Notes: generated from the sequence alone by a model not told the origin. DNA of 53,015 nucleotides, filler included, from Catajapyx aquilonaris (GCA_000934665.2; 2 parts of 2 records of this genome joined end to end with filler, not necessarily neighbours in it); one strand, 5' to 3'. Shown: positions 12,591-26,074, numbered from the whole stretch's first letter. Made by a program: numbers and translations.

Positions 12591-14657
12591 TATATGGAGA
12601 GTGAATGATAATTAGCAGACAATGCATGCAGGAACAATACCAATGACTCGACTGGACGACGAGACAATCAAAGCACGTCTGTCTTAAGCAGCCCTACCCG
12701 CGGCCCTACCCCAAATCACCCAGCAATCAACCAGGTCCTCCAAACCCAGCACCCATCCAGCCAATAGTCAAAGCTCCTTCTCAAGGAAAGTCTGGCCGTC
12801 TACCTCGTTACTGGTTGGTCCTGCGACATTTATCACCTCTACATTGCAGATCTGTATCGAGCCAAGGAGTACGCTGGCGGCAGGATCTTCGATTAGCAAG
12901 AAACACCCTGTATATTCGTATCTCGTTTTGATTGTTACGCTCTGAGAACTCCTTCGAGAGTTGGCCTATACACTCTATAGGTTAAAGCTTCTGAGATCGC
13001 CCAATGGCAATGCCTAAACAAAGCTTTCCAAGTAGTTGTCATTAGAAATCTCTCGTAAGGCGGCTAGTACAGCCCGCCTGAATTCAGCTGCGTCCGTTGT
13101 GGAGTTGTATAAAAAATGTTATGTGTAAAGGCGTTCATAACAATAGGGCTGGTGCTTTATATGTATAAAAAAACCAGGCTTCCCAGCCTATGCATGCTTT
13201 GCAGCCAGGGCTCCATTTGTCAGCCGCTGTTTTGAAAGTGAGAAATCTGCGCAAGCCAAGGATATATCTTTCAAGCCGGGACCCAAAAGTGCTGCAGGCG
13301 CTACAGGATCTACCTATAGTGAGGCTGCTGCCACTCGTAAAACATTGCCGGTGTATTGTACATACATAAAGGGCGACGGGGAGGGAAAGGGGTAAGAGGA
13401 TCCTGTGGGTGGGGATCCTGGAATTGTTGCCGCCTTGCATATTGATCAATACGACCCAAATGCAGCTTGCGGCCACTCCGCTGATGATAACTACCCTTCG
13501 CACTTTAACACATGATAGACCTACAGCTTCGCCTTCGACCTCAGCTGAGGCCAGACCGGAATCGACAACAAATAGCAGCGCTTTACCTAATGAATCACTG
13601 GTGCTTCATGGCAATATCAGCCCTATATACAGTTGGGGATATGTTAGTCACTTATCCTTGCTCCTGAGAGAAAGTGACGGATTATTTTACTTTATAATAT
13701 GGTCTATTTGTTTTGGTGTATAAATCTGTGGTCTTGTTAACTACGCCACATAAAAATTCTAACTGTAGTTAAATTTAAATCACGGAATGATCAACGTCGG
13801 AATAGCTGTAAAATATAGCCTACATACATTGATGTCGGCAGTGACCGCTTAGTAAAAATTAGCGGTGGAACCCCCTCCACCCAACACCCCTCCTGATTGA
13901 TAGTCCCTGATAACGACAGCTAAGCAGCAATTGCAGTCCATGTTAAAACCGTGCAAAATTAATCAGGATCGGGCCGAGAGGTATATACATCGAACAGCGG
14001 GGTTATAAGCAGTTAAGCTCAATTTCCCAACAAGCGGTTAACAGGGAGGGGGACAGAGGAGTGTTTATTGTCCGGGTGTAAAGTGTAATTACGTTAATGG
14101 ACTTTAAATGAATATTTAAATAATTGCTGGTCGGGCGTCGGGAGGCCAGAAGGCTGGGCCCCTTAATGCAATTCAAGGCGTGTAACTTAACGGCCGCTTA
14201 AGAACCCCCCACGAATCGCTTTCTGGGAACTCCACTAATTGTTTAACAAATCCTCAAGGAGTCGTAATAGAAAACAGGCCCACCGGAAATTATTGCCCAA
14301 CTTTACCCATTCCTTTCCTTATTCACTCCGCCTTCTAATTGGTCGTATCATTATCTCGCCCCGATTATTTAATTTATATATTTTTCCCTCCTTCTTAGCC
14401 GGGCAAAAGTCCACGTCCCTATACTCTAATGCGCTCCCGGGATCTAATTAGGCGTCCTTAAGACCAGTCCTAGAGATTTTAATTGACTTCACCACAAGCC
14501 ATTTAACGAAACCGCTTGCAAGGGATCATTGAGAGGAATCCCAGCCACAGATGCGCGATCCACTTCATGTCTCACTTGCCAAATCTGTATCGGAACACTG
14601 GCTTACGAACTGCAAATACAACAATACACAGTATTGGTCAAAATTTATTGGTCAACA

Positions 14658-14919
14658 AATTGTGCCCGTGCCCAGAAGAAGGGTGTATCGAACAAATTGG
14701 GAGTTTTGAGAAAAATGTCATACTACATGATTGTAGTATATAAATGTGGTACGTATGTGAAATACCTTCATTACAAAGTGTACATTGTTTTATGACCAAA
14801 ATCACAAGTAAAAAATAAGCAACACATGATAGAGCGGAAGAGATACTCCCTTTTCCACCGGATAAATCAGCTTCGGCAATTTTGCGAGATACACCCTTCT
14901 TCTGGGCACGGGCACAATT
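14658..14919. mobile_element. 262-bp element with perfect 32-bp terminal inverted repeats
   Basis: AATTGTGCCCGTGCCCAGAAGAAGGGTGTATC at 14658-14689 and its exact reverse complement at 14888-14919. Confidence 0.8.
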
Positions 14920-14950
14920 CAAATGCCATAAAATATTGGGATAATTATTC

Positions 14951-15014
<64 letters not shown>

Positions 15015-15060
15015 CTTTTAATGGCGCAAAAGCAATGGTGGCTATACTGCGCCAAACATG
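14951..15060 (-). mobile_element. 3' tail of an Ingi/I-group-like LINE or SINE ending in (CAAT)n
   Basis: The minus strand reads GGCGCAGTATAGCCACCATTGCTTTTGCGCCATTAAAA, a stem-loop followed by a (CAAT)n tract at 14951-15013. The clade assignment is from recalled similarity. Confidence 0.6.
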
Positions 15061-15930
15061 TTAGGTTTGGCGCTTGATTCTTTTTGCTTCTTTTGGTCCA
15101 ATATACTGTAATACAGCATAACATGAAAACTACAGTATGTATCATGCCCTCTAAAGAATCTTATGGTGGAAATGCAAAGTTAATGTAAGTAAGAGCAGCG
15201 ATGAAATGAGGGGTGTGGTGGAAAAACACGATAACCGCCAAAGGTGTAATTTTTCAGGAGAGCGAATTTAAGTTTGCCCTCTTGTCACAAATCAGCATAT
15301 TACCTCAACTTGTAACACTGGCTGTTATTATATATATTGCCTGACAGTCTATCTGTCTTGTTGTCCACAACTTTTTGGAACACTTATTCCTGTCATTAAT
15401 GGAGATACAAGGTGTAACAAAAGTTTCCGCCGCTACTTCCGCTGACTCATGGATTACATAATCGTAGATTTAAAACATCCATATCTTACCAACGGCTCGT
15501 GTATCATTCGAACCGCATTGAAAGGCCGCTCCCGCTGGATCTACAGCGCAGCTCCCATAGTCTAGGCGGTGCGTAACATAACAGCTATAACTATTTCTAT
15601 GCGACTACTCGGGGATCAGAAAAAACGTAGCGATGAAGTTTATGGGTTCAAAGAACTATTATATTCGAAATATTGCTTAGAAACCGATCTAATTAATTGC
15701 TAAATTCCCATAATTGAGCTAAGCTTCATACAATCTCTATCACTGCGCAGAGAACCTTTTCCAATATAGCCGCCTTGTAGCCGGCGGAAGATGGCGTCAT
15801 ACGAAAAAGTCCGACAGAGCACTTGATCATGTGATTTTTGTGGTGAATTCTGCTTGTTTTGGTTGTGAATATGCCGAAAACCGCATTGCTTTGGGATTTA
15901 TAGATTCTTTGCAAAGAAATTCTCAGAGTG

Positions 15931-15969
15931 AGTGTCCGTAAATCACGGACACGGCGGGCAGAGGGTTAA
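15931..15969. mobile_element. piggyBac-like right terminus
   Basis: GTGTCCG/CGGACAC hairpin followed by AGAGGG|TTAA. The left end was not located. Confidence 0.4.
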
Positions 15970-16001
15970 TAATTTTTAATTAACATTATATATAATGTTA
16001 T

Positions 16002-16331
16002 CATGGTGTTTCAACTTTTTTGTCCGAACAGTTATCGGAAAATTGCACATAGCTGCTACTTTGTAAGCAGTGACTTGAAACCGGTGATTTGTCGGAGGAA
16101 TGGGTAATTCGGAAAAAGAGTGTCACACATCCCATGGCATGTGTGACCCTCTTTTTTCCAGGCTTGACCCTCAATTTTCAGCGGGCAGCACGTATGCCAC
16201 TTCAACCTACGATTCGCCGGGAATATTCCCCGTTCCACCGAAAAATCACCGTTTGCAAGTCACTGCTTACAAAGTACCAGCTACGTGCAATTTTCCGATA
16301 ACTGTTCGGACAAAAAAGTTGAAGCACCCTG
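16002..16331. mobile_element. Tc1/mariner-type MITE with ~100-bp TIRs
   Basis: CA(T/G)GGTG...CACCCTG ends and long inverted arms. Confidence 0.85.
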
Positions 16332-17149
16332 GATATAATTATAATTGATACGTATAATTATAATGACCCGATCACTGCCAGAGCAGATGAATTGTATGCA
16401 GTAATTGCATCCATGGTTAGATCAGAGGCCAGTAGTAGTCAGGCAAAATATTGCATGAATCATTTTGGAAACATCAATAAAAGTAATTCCCATAAAATAT
16501 AGGCCTAGAGAGTTATCATTAGACTCGCTCCAGAGTACGAAACATATTACAGATTTGACACGTGACACAACAATAATTATATGTCATTTACAATGAAATG
16601 TTATGAGTGTAAACAACGAGCTTGTTGTCATTGGATAAACTAAACTGGTTAAAAAAATGAAAAAATACGTGTCTTTATGCAATTGTCAAGAATAAATGTG
16701 AAGACCTAAATAGTATTTTTCCACGACATTTCAAAAACGACGCGACGTTTTCCTCGGGCCTTTACATCACAGAAAGTTTAGATCGTGATCTACAGTCTGT
16801 TTGGAGGACTCTCAAAGATATTGCACTTGAAATCTCGGAGAATGACGAAAGGCAAGGACCTCCTGCAAAAAAATAGGGTTCATGGGCAGGATTTACTCAA
16901 AGTTTCAAACAGTTCAAGTGGGCCAACTTTGATCACCTCGAGTCCTATACAATGATCCAGACCTTGCAACGAGTGACCTTTTTCGCCTCCTATACAAATG
17001 CCAACACTGCCATATATGCCCACATTCTCTTGTATTAATTTTTGTGGCAATTTTCATTTAAAATGTACGACTTAACGGCACTTGTTTTGATATAGCCTAC
17101 TGTATAAGCCTACAAGTACTATCTAATGTACAGTATACTGTAGCCTATA

Positions 17150-17578
17150 CATGGTGTTTCCTGTAACTCTGCAAAGACTTTCAGGGGTAATAGAGGGGAC
17201 CAAGACAAGTATTTTTGACTTAGGAACCCGTGTCCGGAAACGCCACCTACAGTAGAGGGGGTTCATAGACAAGGAATGGGTGCGCTCAGATGCGTCACGC
17301 GAAAGGCGCTAGGCGAGCGGACTGTTTTGTTGATAGATGGCTCTCGGATAGTAAACACCGAAGCGATGTATCATAACCTGGCAACAGCAGAGCCATCCAT
17401 CAACAAAACAGTCCCCTGGCCTAGCGCCTCTCGCATGACGCGTCTGAGCGCACCCGTTCCTTGTCTATGAACCCCCTCTAGATGGCGTTTCCGGACACGG
17501 GTTCCTAGGTCAAAAATACTTGTCTTGGTCCCCTCTATTACCCCTGAAAGTCTATGCAGAGTTACAATAAACACCCTG
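17150..17578. mobile_element. Tc1/mariner-type foldback MITE with ~195-bp TIRs
   Basis: TA|CATGGTG...CACCCTG|TA with arms 17150-17345 and ~17389-17578. Confidence 0.9.
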
Positions 17579-18209
17579 TATACGTGTTCGAAAATGTTAC
17601 GTCGAGATTGCGTGATGACGTGCAGAAACTGTTGCACCTTTATGTCTCCCTCACGCAGTGTCTACAGGCGTGAATATTTTGAACCAACAAGCATGCTCCC
17701 CCTCTCTCCCTCTTCCGACACAAAAGGAGAGAATGAAACAGCATTGTCTCTAAGCACAACGGCACTTGATGAAACGGACAAGTCCCTGGATGAAGCCGGG
17801 CGAAAAAATATATAGTCTACATGTGTCTCGGAATGAGAAAGACTTTTTGTACTGATCTCCCCACCCTCTTTCTAAGCACCGCCCATCAGAGAAATGGACA
17901 AGATGGCCAGACGGGTTCGTATTAGACCCAAGCACACGCTCTTTCATCTTTTCTCTTCACTCTGCTCCCTCTCCCTCCTGCCCCCCTCCCCCGACTCCGT
18001 ATTTTTTTTTTCTTTTTTATCTGATGGGCTTGTCTTGCAACATGTCACTTCTTTGCAGTCGAGTGTGTCCGACACAACGAAATGCGTGATTAATTTTTTT
18101 ATCCAGCATATGTCATATGCATACATAACTGAATTTGTTGTAGGCCTACACAGGTTTCTTGAATCGTGTGTATGCCTATAAAAATTCACGCAAAGTGACG
18201 TAGACTTTT

Positions 18210-18858
18210 GACTCACAACCAAAGTAGTCTAACTCTTCTTACCCTCCTGAATTTTGAAAATGTTTGGATTTTTTAAATTCTGCTTGGCCTATAGTGTTGA
18301 GAAAACATCACCTCCGCTGCTAATTTCCACGTTAGCAGGGTGAAAATACAGCCAAAAGGCGATGTTCCGAAGCCACAACACCTGCATCCGGTCGCGAGTC
18401 GCCTGTCCCGGCTGCCCGGTCGGATCGCCTCTGACCGCGTCTGTAGCACGCTCCGGTGCGACGAAGGAGAAGGGTCATCTCGCAGGCCTTGAAGTCGAAG
18501 GCGATTATAATAATGGAGAGCCAGGACTTCCAAGGCTCGTCTCCGTTATTATAATCGCCTTCGACTTCAAAGCGTGCGAGATGACCCTTCTCCTTCGCGG
18601 CACCGTAGAGCGTTACATATACTCGGTGAAAGGCGACCGCGACCGGACAGCCGGGACCGGCGACTCGCGACGGGATGCAGGTGTTCTGGATTCGGAACAT
18701 CGCACTTTGGCTGTATTCTCAACCTGCTATAAACGTGGAAATTAGCCGCGGAAGTGATGTTTTCTCAACACTATAGGCCAAGCAGAATGAGAAAATCCAA
18801 ACATTTTCAAAATTCAGGAGGGTAAGAAGAGTTACTTTGGTTGTCAGTCTGAATGTAG
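18210..18858. mobile_element. ~650-bp palindromic foldback element, copy 2
   Basis: Highly similar to 6257-6912, in the same orientation and with the same internal bulges. Confidence 0.9.
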
Positions 18859-19306
18859 TACAAGATCAAATTAATTTCAGGAAGGATTCGTGGCCCTAAT
18901 GTATATTAATAAAGGCTGGCAGTGAGTCGCACACCGGTCCATCCCTTCCCTGGCCCACCCCCGAAAAAAGAGGCTCCGACTTTGATGCCAGGACTTTTGC
19001 GGTCTTTGTGAATGGGTAAAATGTGCTTATTGACACAGCTTAGACCCTTCCACATTCCCACTGCTCAATGCATACAGATGAGGTTGTTAAAGTTAGCCCT
19101 GACTCTATATTTTTATTCCTATCCTACCTCCTCCCATCTCAGGATAAAAAGAGAAACTGCACGAAACTTTTTTTACTACAGTGAATTACATTCCCAAGCT
19201 GGCATTCAAACTTTGACTCAAGTTCGCTATTCAGTATGGACGTATTAATATACAGTATTACATTGCAACTGGGAGTTTGACAGTTTCTTTCACATTATGA
19301 CACTAG

Positions 19307-19414
19307 GGGTGGAATTTTCATCTCACTGATAGTTACTGTTAACTTAGCAGTACCAGTGTTGGCAATGGTACTGTTAAGTTAGCAGTAACTATCAGTGGGA
19401 CGAAAATTCCACCA
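19307..19414. mobile_element. 108-bp palindromic Tourist/PIF-Harbinger-like MITE
   Basis: Near-perfect hairpin flanked by a 3-bp TAG duplication, with a GGG-type terminus. Confidence 0.7.
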
Positions 19415-20123
19415 TAGGTTTGTTTCTTATAAGCCCGTATAATGATTTCATATTTGCATGGATTAAATGACTCGAATATGAATTGAAATAATAACTATTA
19501 TTCGTACGACACTCCCTCGACACATTTTTTTCGCATTTCATGAATATCGATAAGACATTTTTATTAATAGCTCATCTCATTTAGTCTGAAGGCGTATATT
19601 CGAGAGATTGGGGCTGGTAGTCAGAAACATACATGTATTTTCAAATTTTATATGCATAATTTTCATTAACCTATACTTGATTGTTACCCACTAGCTTTTA
19701 TACGTATGTTCATCCATTCCGGGGACACTTTAATTCGACAAGTGGCTCATGTAAAACTGATCCGAGTGTCTCAAGTGTTAGAATAGGTTTTTTTAATGCA
19801 CTATTACGAGGGCCGTTCCAATATGATTTACAATTTATTTTATTGCCGAAAATACAGGGCCCATGCAGGTCGGAAAATAGGCACACACTATCGACAGAAC
19901 CCTCCCGGAGCCGAATGCACAGGAGTCATTGGTGTGGTAACCTCTCCAGGCCCCCCAGAAACCACTTTTTGGAGGTGCGACGCGCCTACTACCGGACAAC
20001 TGCTCAGACAGCAACTATCAACAATGTCCTTAAAATGGCGTCGGCGAAGGAATTTGTCCATGGATCTTGCTTTGAGTGCTTCCACACCCACCGTACTCCC
20101 CTGGCCTGGCCTCCACTGACTTT

Positions 20124-20423
20124 GTTTGTTTGTTTGTTTGTTTGTTTGTAATACCCCGTGATAGGGCCAGGGGCCCTCTTAGGGGGGGGGGGGTTCCCAA
20201 TGAAGGGTGTTCTTAAGTAGTCATTTCTGACCCTCTTAAATATACCACAGATTTTCTCTTGGCCATGGGCAGAGAACGGAGTGCAATTCTGCCCGGACAT
20301 GTCGGGTGAAAAGCGGAAAAAGACCCAACCAAGCGAAGGTGACTGCCTGACGCGGACGGGATTTGAACCCCGGACCTCTCGCTTGGCTGGCCAGTAGAAT
20401 AGCCACTAGACCACCATGCCCCC
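20124..20423 (-). mobile_element. tRNA-derived SINE, family D, with (CAAA)n tail
   Basis: A box TGGTCTAGTGG and B box GGTTCAAATCC. TSD GCCTCCA(C/G)TGACTTT (20109-20123, 20424-20438). Confidence 0.85.
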
Positions 20424-20571
20424 GCCTCCAGTGACTTTCATCTGTTCGAATATATTTAAAAAGTCCCTTCGTCGATGCCATTTCGAGGACATTGTTGACT
20501 GTGAAGAGTTGTCCGGGAGTAGGGGCGCCGCACCACCAAAAGGTGGTTCCTGGAGGACCTGGAGAGGTTGG

Positions 20572-20637
20572 CCAGTGCCAGTGCCAGTGCCAGTGCCAGT
20601 GCCAGTGCCAGTGCCAGTGCCAGTGCCAGTGCCAGTG
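20572..20637. repeat. (CCAGTG)11 tandem repeat inside the mariner MITE arm
   Basis: Directly visible and absent from the opposite arm. Confidence 0.95.
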
Positions 20638-22307
20638 TATTCGGCTCCAGGAGGATTCTATCTATAATGTGCGCCTATTTCTCGACCTGCATGGACGTTG
20701 TGTCTGTGGCAAAAAACAAATTGTAAATCATTTTGGTACTGCCCTTGTATATACTGTGTATGCCTATTTCATTTTGCTGTTTTGCGTTTACCTTATTAAC
20801 TCGATTTAAAACGCCATGTTTAATTAATTATATAACTACCCTTCCCCAGCATAACATGACTGTAGCCTACTACCGTGTGCTTCTCAGCATCAGTGGCAAA
20901 ATGAGCATTAATAAGCAACTAAATAGCCGCCTTTTCCGTCGTATAAATTGATCCCCAACCGTATTTAATGCACCATATTACTATAAATGAGTAGGAAGAT
21001 TACGATGCAGTATGCAGTACTTGTACGTACACAATAGTGCATATTCAAATTTTGATGGTTGTGCTACCGCCACTTGAAACCCTTTTCCCCATTCGCCACA
21101 CACCCGCCACAATGATGCAACCATGTGTAAAATCTTTATCTGGCACCCCTCGTACACAAAGGAGTCATAATGAACTTATCACCTCACTAAAATAAACAGG
21201 AGGGAATCTGAATGAAACGGAGCTGACGTGCGTGACGGCGAATAACTTATCTAGCGGGGAAAGCAAGCGCGAGAAGCCAATTAGAAGGCTGGAAAAAGGA
21301 TGGGGCTATATACCCTGCAAGTGGAACACTCTGGCATAATTTTTTGTGTGGGAATAAGCCCTATATAAGGAGAAGAAAAGAATGCTTGGTCGGCTCCATT
21401 CTCTCTTCTCCCTGCCGCAGGAGCACCCACACCCGCACATGTGTAAACACCCACCCCAGCCTTGTTAGGTGGCATGTATTATTTGTGAGGGAGAGCAACG
21501 TTTACACGGGCTAATTCATAATTAATTTCCTCGCTTGAGTGCCGCCAGTACCAATTTCCTAAGCGGCCTCTAACAGCTTCCTGCAAGACCCAGGATTGGG
21601 TGCTCAATTTGCACACGTTCAGACTTTCCCCTAAATTATTATGGATGGCTTGCGTGTTTGTCAGGAGGGTGAAGGAGAAAGTGGGGAGGAAGGGAGAGAA
21701 AGGAGGGAAAGACCAGTGTTGTTGTGTTTTTTATTGCCTTAATTGTGTATGATGAAATGCGTTTTTCCCTGCGCGTCATGCTCTACACGGCTTTTACTCA
21801 CTGACAGCGCCAGCTTGGTAAATGTTGCTCGCCTCTTTATACTATACATCCTAAGGGGTTGTTTTACTTCTGCAAAATTTACAATAAAATAGGACAGTAT
21901 TTAATGTAGTATTTTATTTATGTTAAACATGACAAATGGACGTAAGCAATATACGTATTACATCGTTAGTGAGAAGAGAAACTACAATCAGAGGTCATTT
22001 TCTCACGCCCATGGGTATGGGTTTGGCTATGGCCAGACCTAGGTATGGTGCTTTTTTCCCTGGCCAGTGGCCGTTTTCGGGGTTTGAGCCTAACATATAC
22101 ACAACAATCATAACCTCTGAATAAGACAGTACGTATAAGTTATATTTTGCATTATTATGATACATTATTTGTTGAGACTTCGAGTTGAATAACTTTCGTT
22201 GTGAGGCACGCGTGTGTACAGAAAGAGAATCCAAATTAAACGTTGATATGACCATAGCGTGACCCTTGTTCTTGTCTTTGGAGGTATTCTCATACATAAA
22301 CACTGAA

Positions 22308-22570
22308 TCTAATACATATTTCAAGACGTATATCTGTCTGTCTATCTGTCTGTCCTGTTATCCTCTATGCAAATCCATACGGAGGCCTCGACATAATATG
22401 CCCCAGGGGAATGATTAGGGGTAGTATTTTACTGGGAAGGTTGGTAGCACATTGGACTTGACCTCCGAGGTCATCCTTGGCCGCAGAGGCGAAAAGGACA
22501 TTGGGACATTTGTTCTAATAATGCGCATTGTGGTATAAACAACCCTGTTCAGTTGCCGGGGAAACTGTCC
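22308..22570 (+). mobile_element. Decayed non-autonomous Helitron-like fragment
   Basis: A|TC start followed by a (CTGT)n tract, a layout like the 5' end of the neighbouring Helitron. The 3' end is degenerate. Confidence 0.35.
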
Positions 22571-23230
22571 TTCCCTTCTCTCAAGGCCGGAGGGGTCACA
22601 TCGCCCTCTCCCCATGCTGCCAGCACCTCCAGCCCCTCAGTGTTATTGCATTTCAACGTGGTGGCTGTACTTTGGTCAGTGTTTTGTACTTACGTTGGTT
22701 GCATACTTTCTTCCATTTCCGAGTATACACTATACACTGTTGCCTTGGTTACAAGACGGTTGGTGTAATTATAGGTAACTAGCAGGTTACCCGGCGTTGC
22801 CCGGGTATGTTGGGGTGCTGGTAAAGGTAGGGGTGCATATACAGTATTTTAGGAAGTGCATTTGTTTGTAAGAATTTCCCTTCAATACATTCGAAGCTTG
22901 ATATGTCTTAAAATGGGCCTTATAAGTTGCAATAAGCCAAAGTTTGTCACTATCTGTGATAGATAACCTGCTTGTCTTAAAGCGATAGTCGACACAGATA
23001 TTCTGATTGGATGTGTAAAAAGAGGAATGCGGATGGAGTTGGCCCAGGAAAAGACTGCACAGCCATGTGTTTTCCCCCCTGCATTTTTGACCCCTTGACC
23101 CCCCCAACTCCACTTCACACCCCCATCTCGTTCCATATGTTTGCTCTGAAGAAATTTAGAAATGTATGTACAGATGCATGGTGGGAAATTTGGTTTTCGA
23201 CACGTAGTTAGTAGTAATTTGTAAATACTA

Positions 23231-23800
23231 CAGTAAAACTTCCATAAGTCGAATCTCCATTTGACCTGGAAAAAAAATTGAGTTAGAGAAATTTGGAATT
23301 ATTTAAGCACCTAACTCTATAAGGAAGCCTACCTTTATATCCAGCGACGAAAGGTGTTCAAAACTTAAAAATAACTGTCACTATCACACTTACAATGTTT
23401 CTCATTGTTTGGTTGTAAAAAAAATCTCAGTTATGGACATTTGGCTACTCTTAAATTCAAGGATTCAATTGTCTCAACAGAGTCAAACACTTCTTTGGCT
23501 ACGTCTGGTAGACGGAGATCAGGAAATTGAGCCTTTCTGTGCATGTGGCCTACTCACTATACCCTTCGGCTGGGAAATGAGAATACCGTATACTCGCCAA
23601 CATGAACTTGGACTTAGGGAGACTGAAAATGCATTGATATCCCATCGTAATGTCCTGCCTGCACTTCGAGTTATAGAAATTCGAGTTAGGGAAGTTTATT
23701 TCCTATTTTCATTTTACATTGTGACCAACCAAGCTCATCATTTTCTTCGACTTATAGATTAGTTCGACTTAGGGAAGTTCGACTTATGGAAGTTTTACTG
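23231..23800. mobile_element. pogo/Tigger-type MITE
   Basis: Perfect 23-bp TIR CAGTAAAACTTCCATAAGTCGAA, TA on the left flank, and TTCGA(C/G)TTA subterminal repeats. Confidence 0.88.
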
Positions 23801-24033
23801 ATATTTTATTGTACTTATTTTTGTCTGGAAGTCTAGTTGCAAATCCCACAAAATCCCGGAATGACCATACGATACGAACTCACGTGAGGTGGCCAATTAG
23901 CGTAATTGGTGGATGCGTTGAATTTACGGCAATGCTTTAATTTTCTAGGCGGTATTATTGCATAAGGGCATTTCCATGGGAATGTGAATCGATATAACTT
24001 ATTATTATAGGATGTTTATGTAATTGTTAAGGC

Positions 24034-26074
24034 CTGACAAGGGAACGGTACTTGCTGTAAGTTGAGTAGCCCTTTGACACTTTGAATAGGGCAAGAATCG
24101 ATATGGTTGATGTGAAAAGTGAAGTCCGTTGCGGCTGACATACATGAGTTTACGAGATAATGGCTTCTAAAGTTTCCTATAGCAGCTGATGTGGTGGTTG
24201 TATTTCCCAGGATAACTAGTTAAGGTATAGAAAATAGCATATCTATCATCTATTTATTTACAGTGTTTACAACCTTAATGATAAGCAATACACAGAAATG
24301 TTCAACCAAATCAAGTATACGCTTGACAACCAAGAAGTCATTGAAGAAATCCGAACACTTGGGTTCAATGATATCACGCCTTCTCGAGATACGCATAATG
24401 TCAATGCTGGGCTGGCAGAGGTTGGTTTTGTGGCAGGTGGTTCTTCTTGCGGTTCTTCACTAGAGTCGTCAGAATCCCGAAAATCATCCAGTTCATCTTC
24501 TTCATGAATATAGAATATCTTTTATATATTCATGAAGAAGATGAACCGGATGATTTTCAGGATTCTGACAACTCTAGTGAAGAACCGCAAGAAAACCAAC
24601 CTCTGCCAACCCAGCATTGACAGATGCGTATCTCAAAAAGGCGTGGCTATACTGGACATATGTGGAGTGACCAATCAAAACGCAACAAACGCCAACAAAG
24701 CCATTTCGAGATATTCAACAAAAACCGATTGCTCCCAAATGGAATGTGACCAAGAAACAAAATGTGCAGTACATTATGCCCATATGCAGAGGTGGTTAAT
24801 GGTGTATGTTAATGAAATCAGGAATTGTCTAGTCATGAGAAAAAAATTAATCAAAATTTGACTTATTGCGTTTTGAATGGGCACATGTGTCAGATGTTGC
24901 GTTTTGATTGATTATTATTTCATTGGCCGTATTATTAAATTGTGATAAATTCTTAGTTTCTTCTATCAGCAGGAACCATGATACCATATCCTTGACACTA
25001 ATTATTATCTAAACACAATGCTAATCATGAGAACATTATTAGCTATTTTTAAACAAATTTATTACTTACACACCCTTCAGGGTTGGAGCGAGTCGAGGAG
25101 AACAACATACGTACTACTGTAGACTGTGTGGGTTGGTTAGCTTACTCTATGGGGTTGGTAAGATATCGGCGGCCATTTGTAACAGTTGCGCATCGCACTC
25201 TCTCATTGGCTGCTTGGCACATGTTGCGTTATGAAGTAGCCGGTATGGGTCACATATTGCGTTTTGAAGCAACACTCCATTTTCCAGCCCTTATAACACG
25301 GTAGATATTGCATTTAGAAATGCCACAATCTAACACACACGTAGACCCGAGCCTCAAGGACGTGCTACCACCTATAACTCGATTTTGAACATTTTGGCAT
25401 TTGTTGCGTTTTGATTGGTCACTCCACATATGATGGCACAAGATTTGAAAAGGGGGATCGTCGATCATGGACTTCAGTTGCCAATCGTTTTAAACAGTTG
25501 AAAGGACATCAAATGAACAGTCTAACTCGATATCCCTTACGTCGGCGGGTAGGTCCGTTTGGAATAGCCAATAGCACAGGAAGCACACCGAAAATCAACA
25601 GACACACTTTGGCAGATTTTAAGAGACTTGTAGACCCTCATATGCCATCATTCATGACATGACATTACTGCAGTTGCCTTGGAACACAAAAGAGCTGTTA
25701 ATCCAAGCACATTTTTAAAAGCATCACCATCATTGGTGATCAAGTTCAAAGCACGGAACAATATTGTATCTAGAATCAAATTATTATTGCTTCGAGCATG
25801 ATATCATTAATGTTCACAATTGCTTATCATAAAGGTTGTAAACACTGTAAATTAATAGATGATAGATATGCTATTTTCTATACCATAACTAGTTATCCTG
25901 AGAAATACCACCACCACCTCAGCTGCTATAGGAAACTTTAAAAGCCATTATCTCGTAAACTCTTGTATGTCAGCCGCAACGGTCTTCACTTTTCGCATCA
26001 ACCCTATGGTTTCTTGCCCTATGCCAAGTGTCATAGGGCAACTCAACTTACAGCAAGTACCGTTCCCTTGTGAG
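24034..26074. mobile_element. ~2-kb element with ~255-bp TIRs and internal palindromes, superfamily unresolved
   Basis: 24034-24289 pairs with 25819-26074. There is an inner palindrome at 24375-24645. The left flank reads TTAA|GG. Confidence 0.8.

Larger units (their letters stand above)
19807..20747. mobile_element. mariner-derived long-TIR MITE containing a transposase C-terminal relic
   Basis: TA|CGAGGGC...GCCCTTG|TA ends with degenerate ~245-bp arms. The centre encodes HPPYSPGLASTDFHLF (mariner HPPYSPDLAPSD motif) from 20085, split by a SINE. Confidence 0.88.

Noticed and set aside
12600..13720. Possible LINE remnant next to (AAT)n
   Set aside because: No RT or endonuclease motif recognised and no TSD found.
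20572..20637. CRISPR-like array or PV/QC repeat protein
   Set aside because: Spacer-less hexamer microsatellite in eukaryotic DNA.
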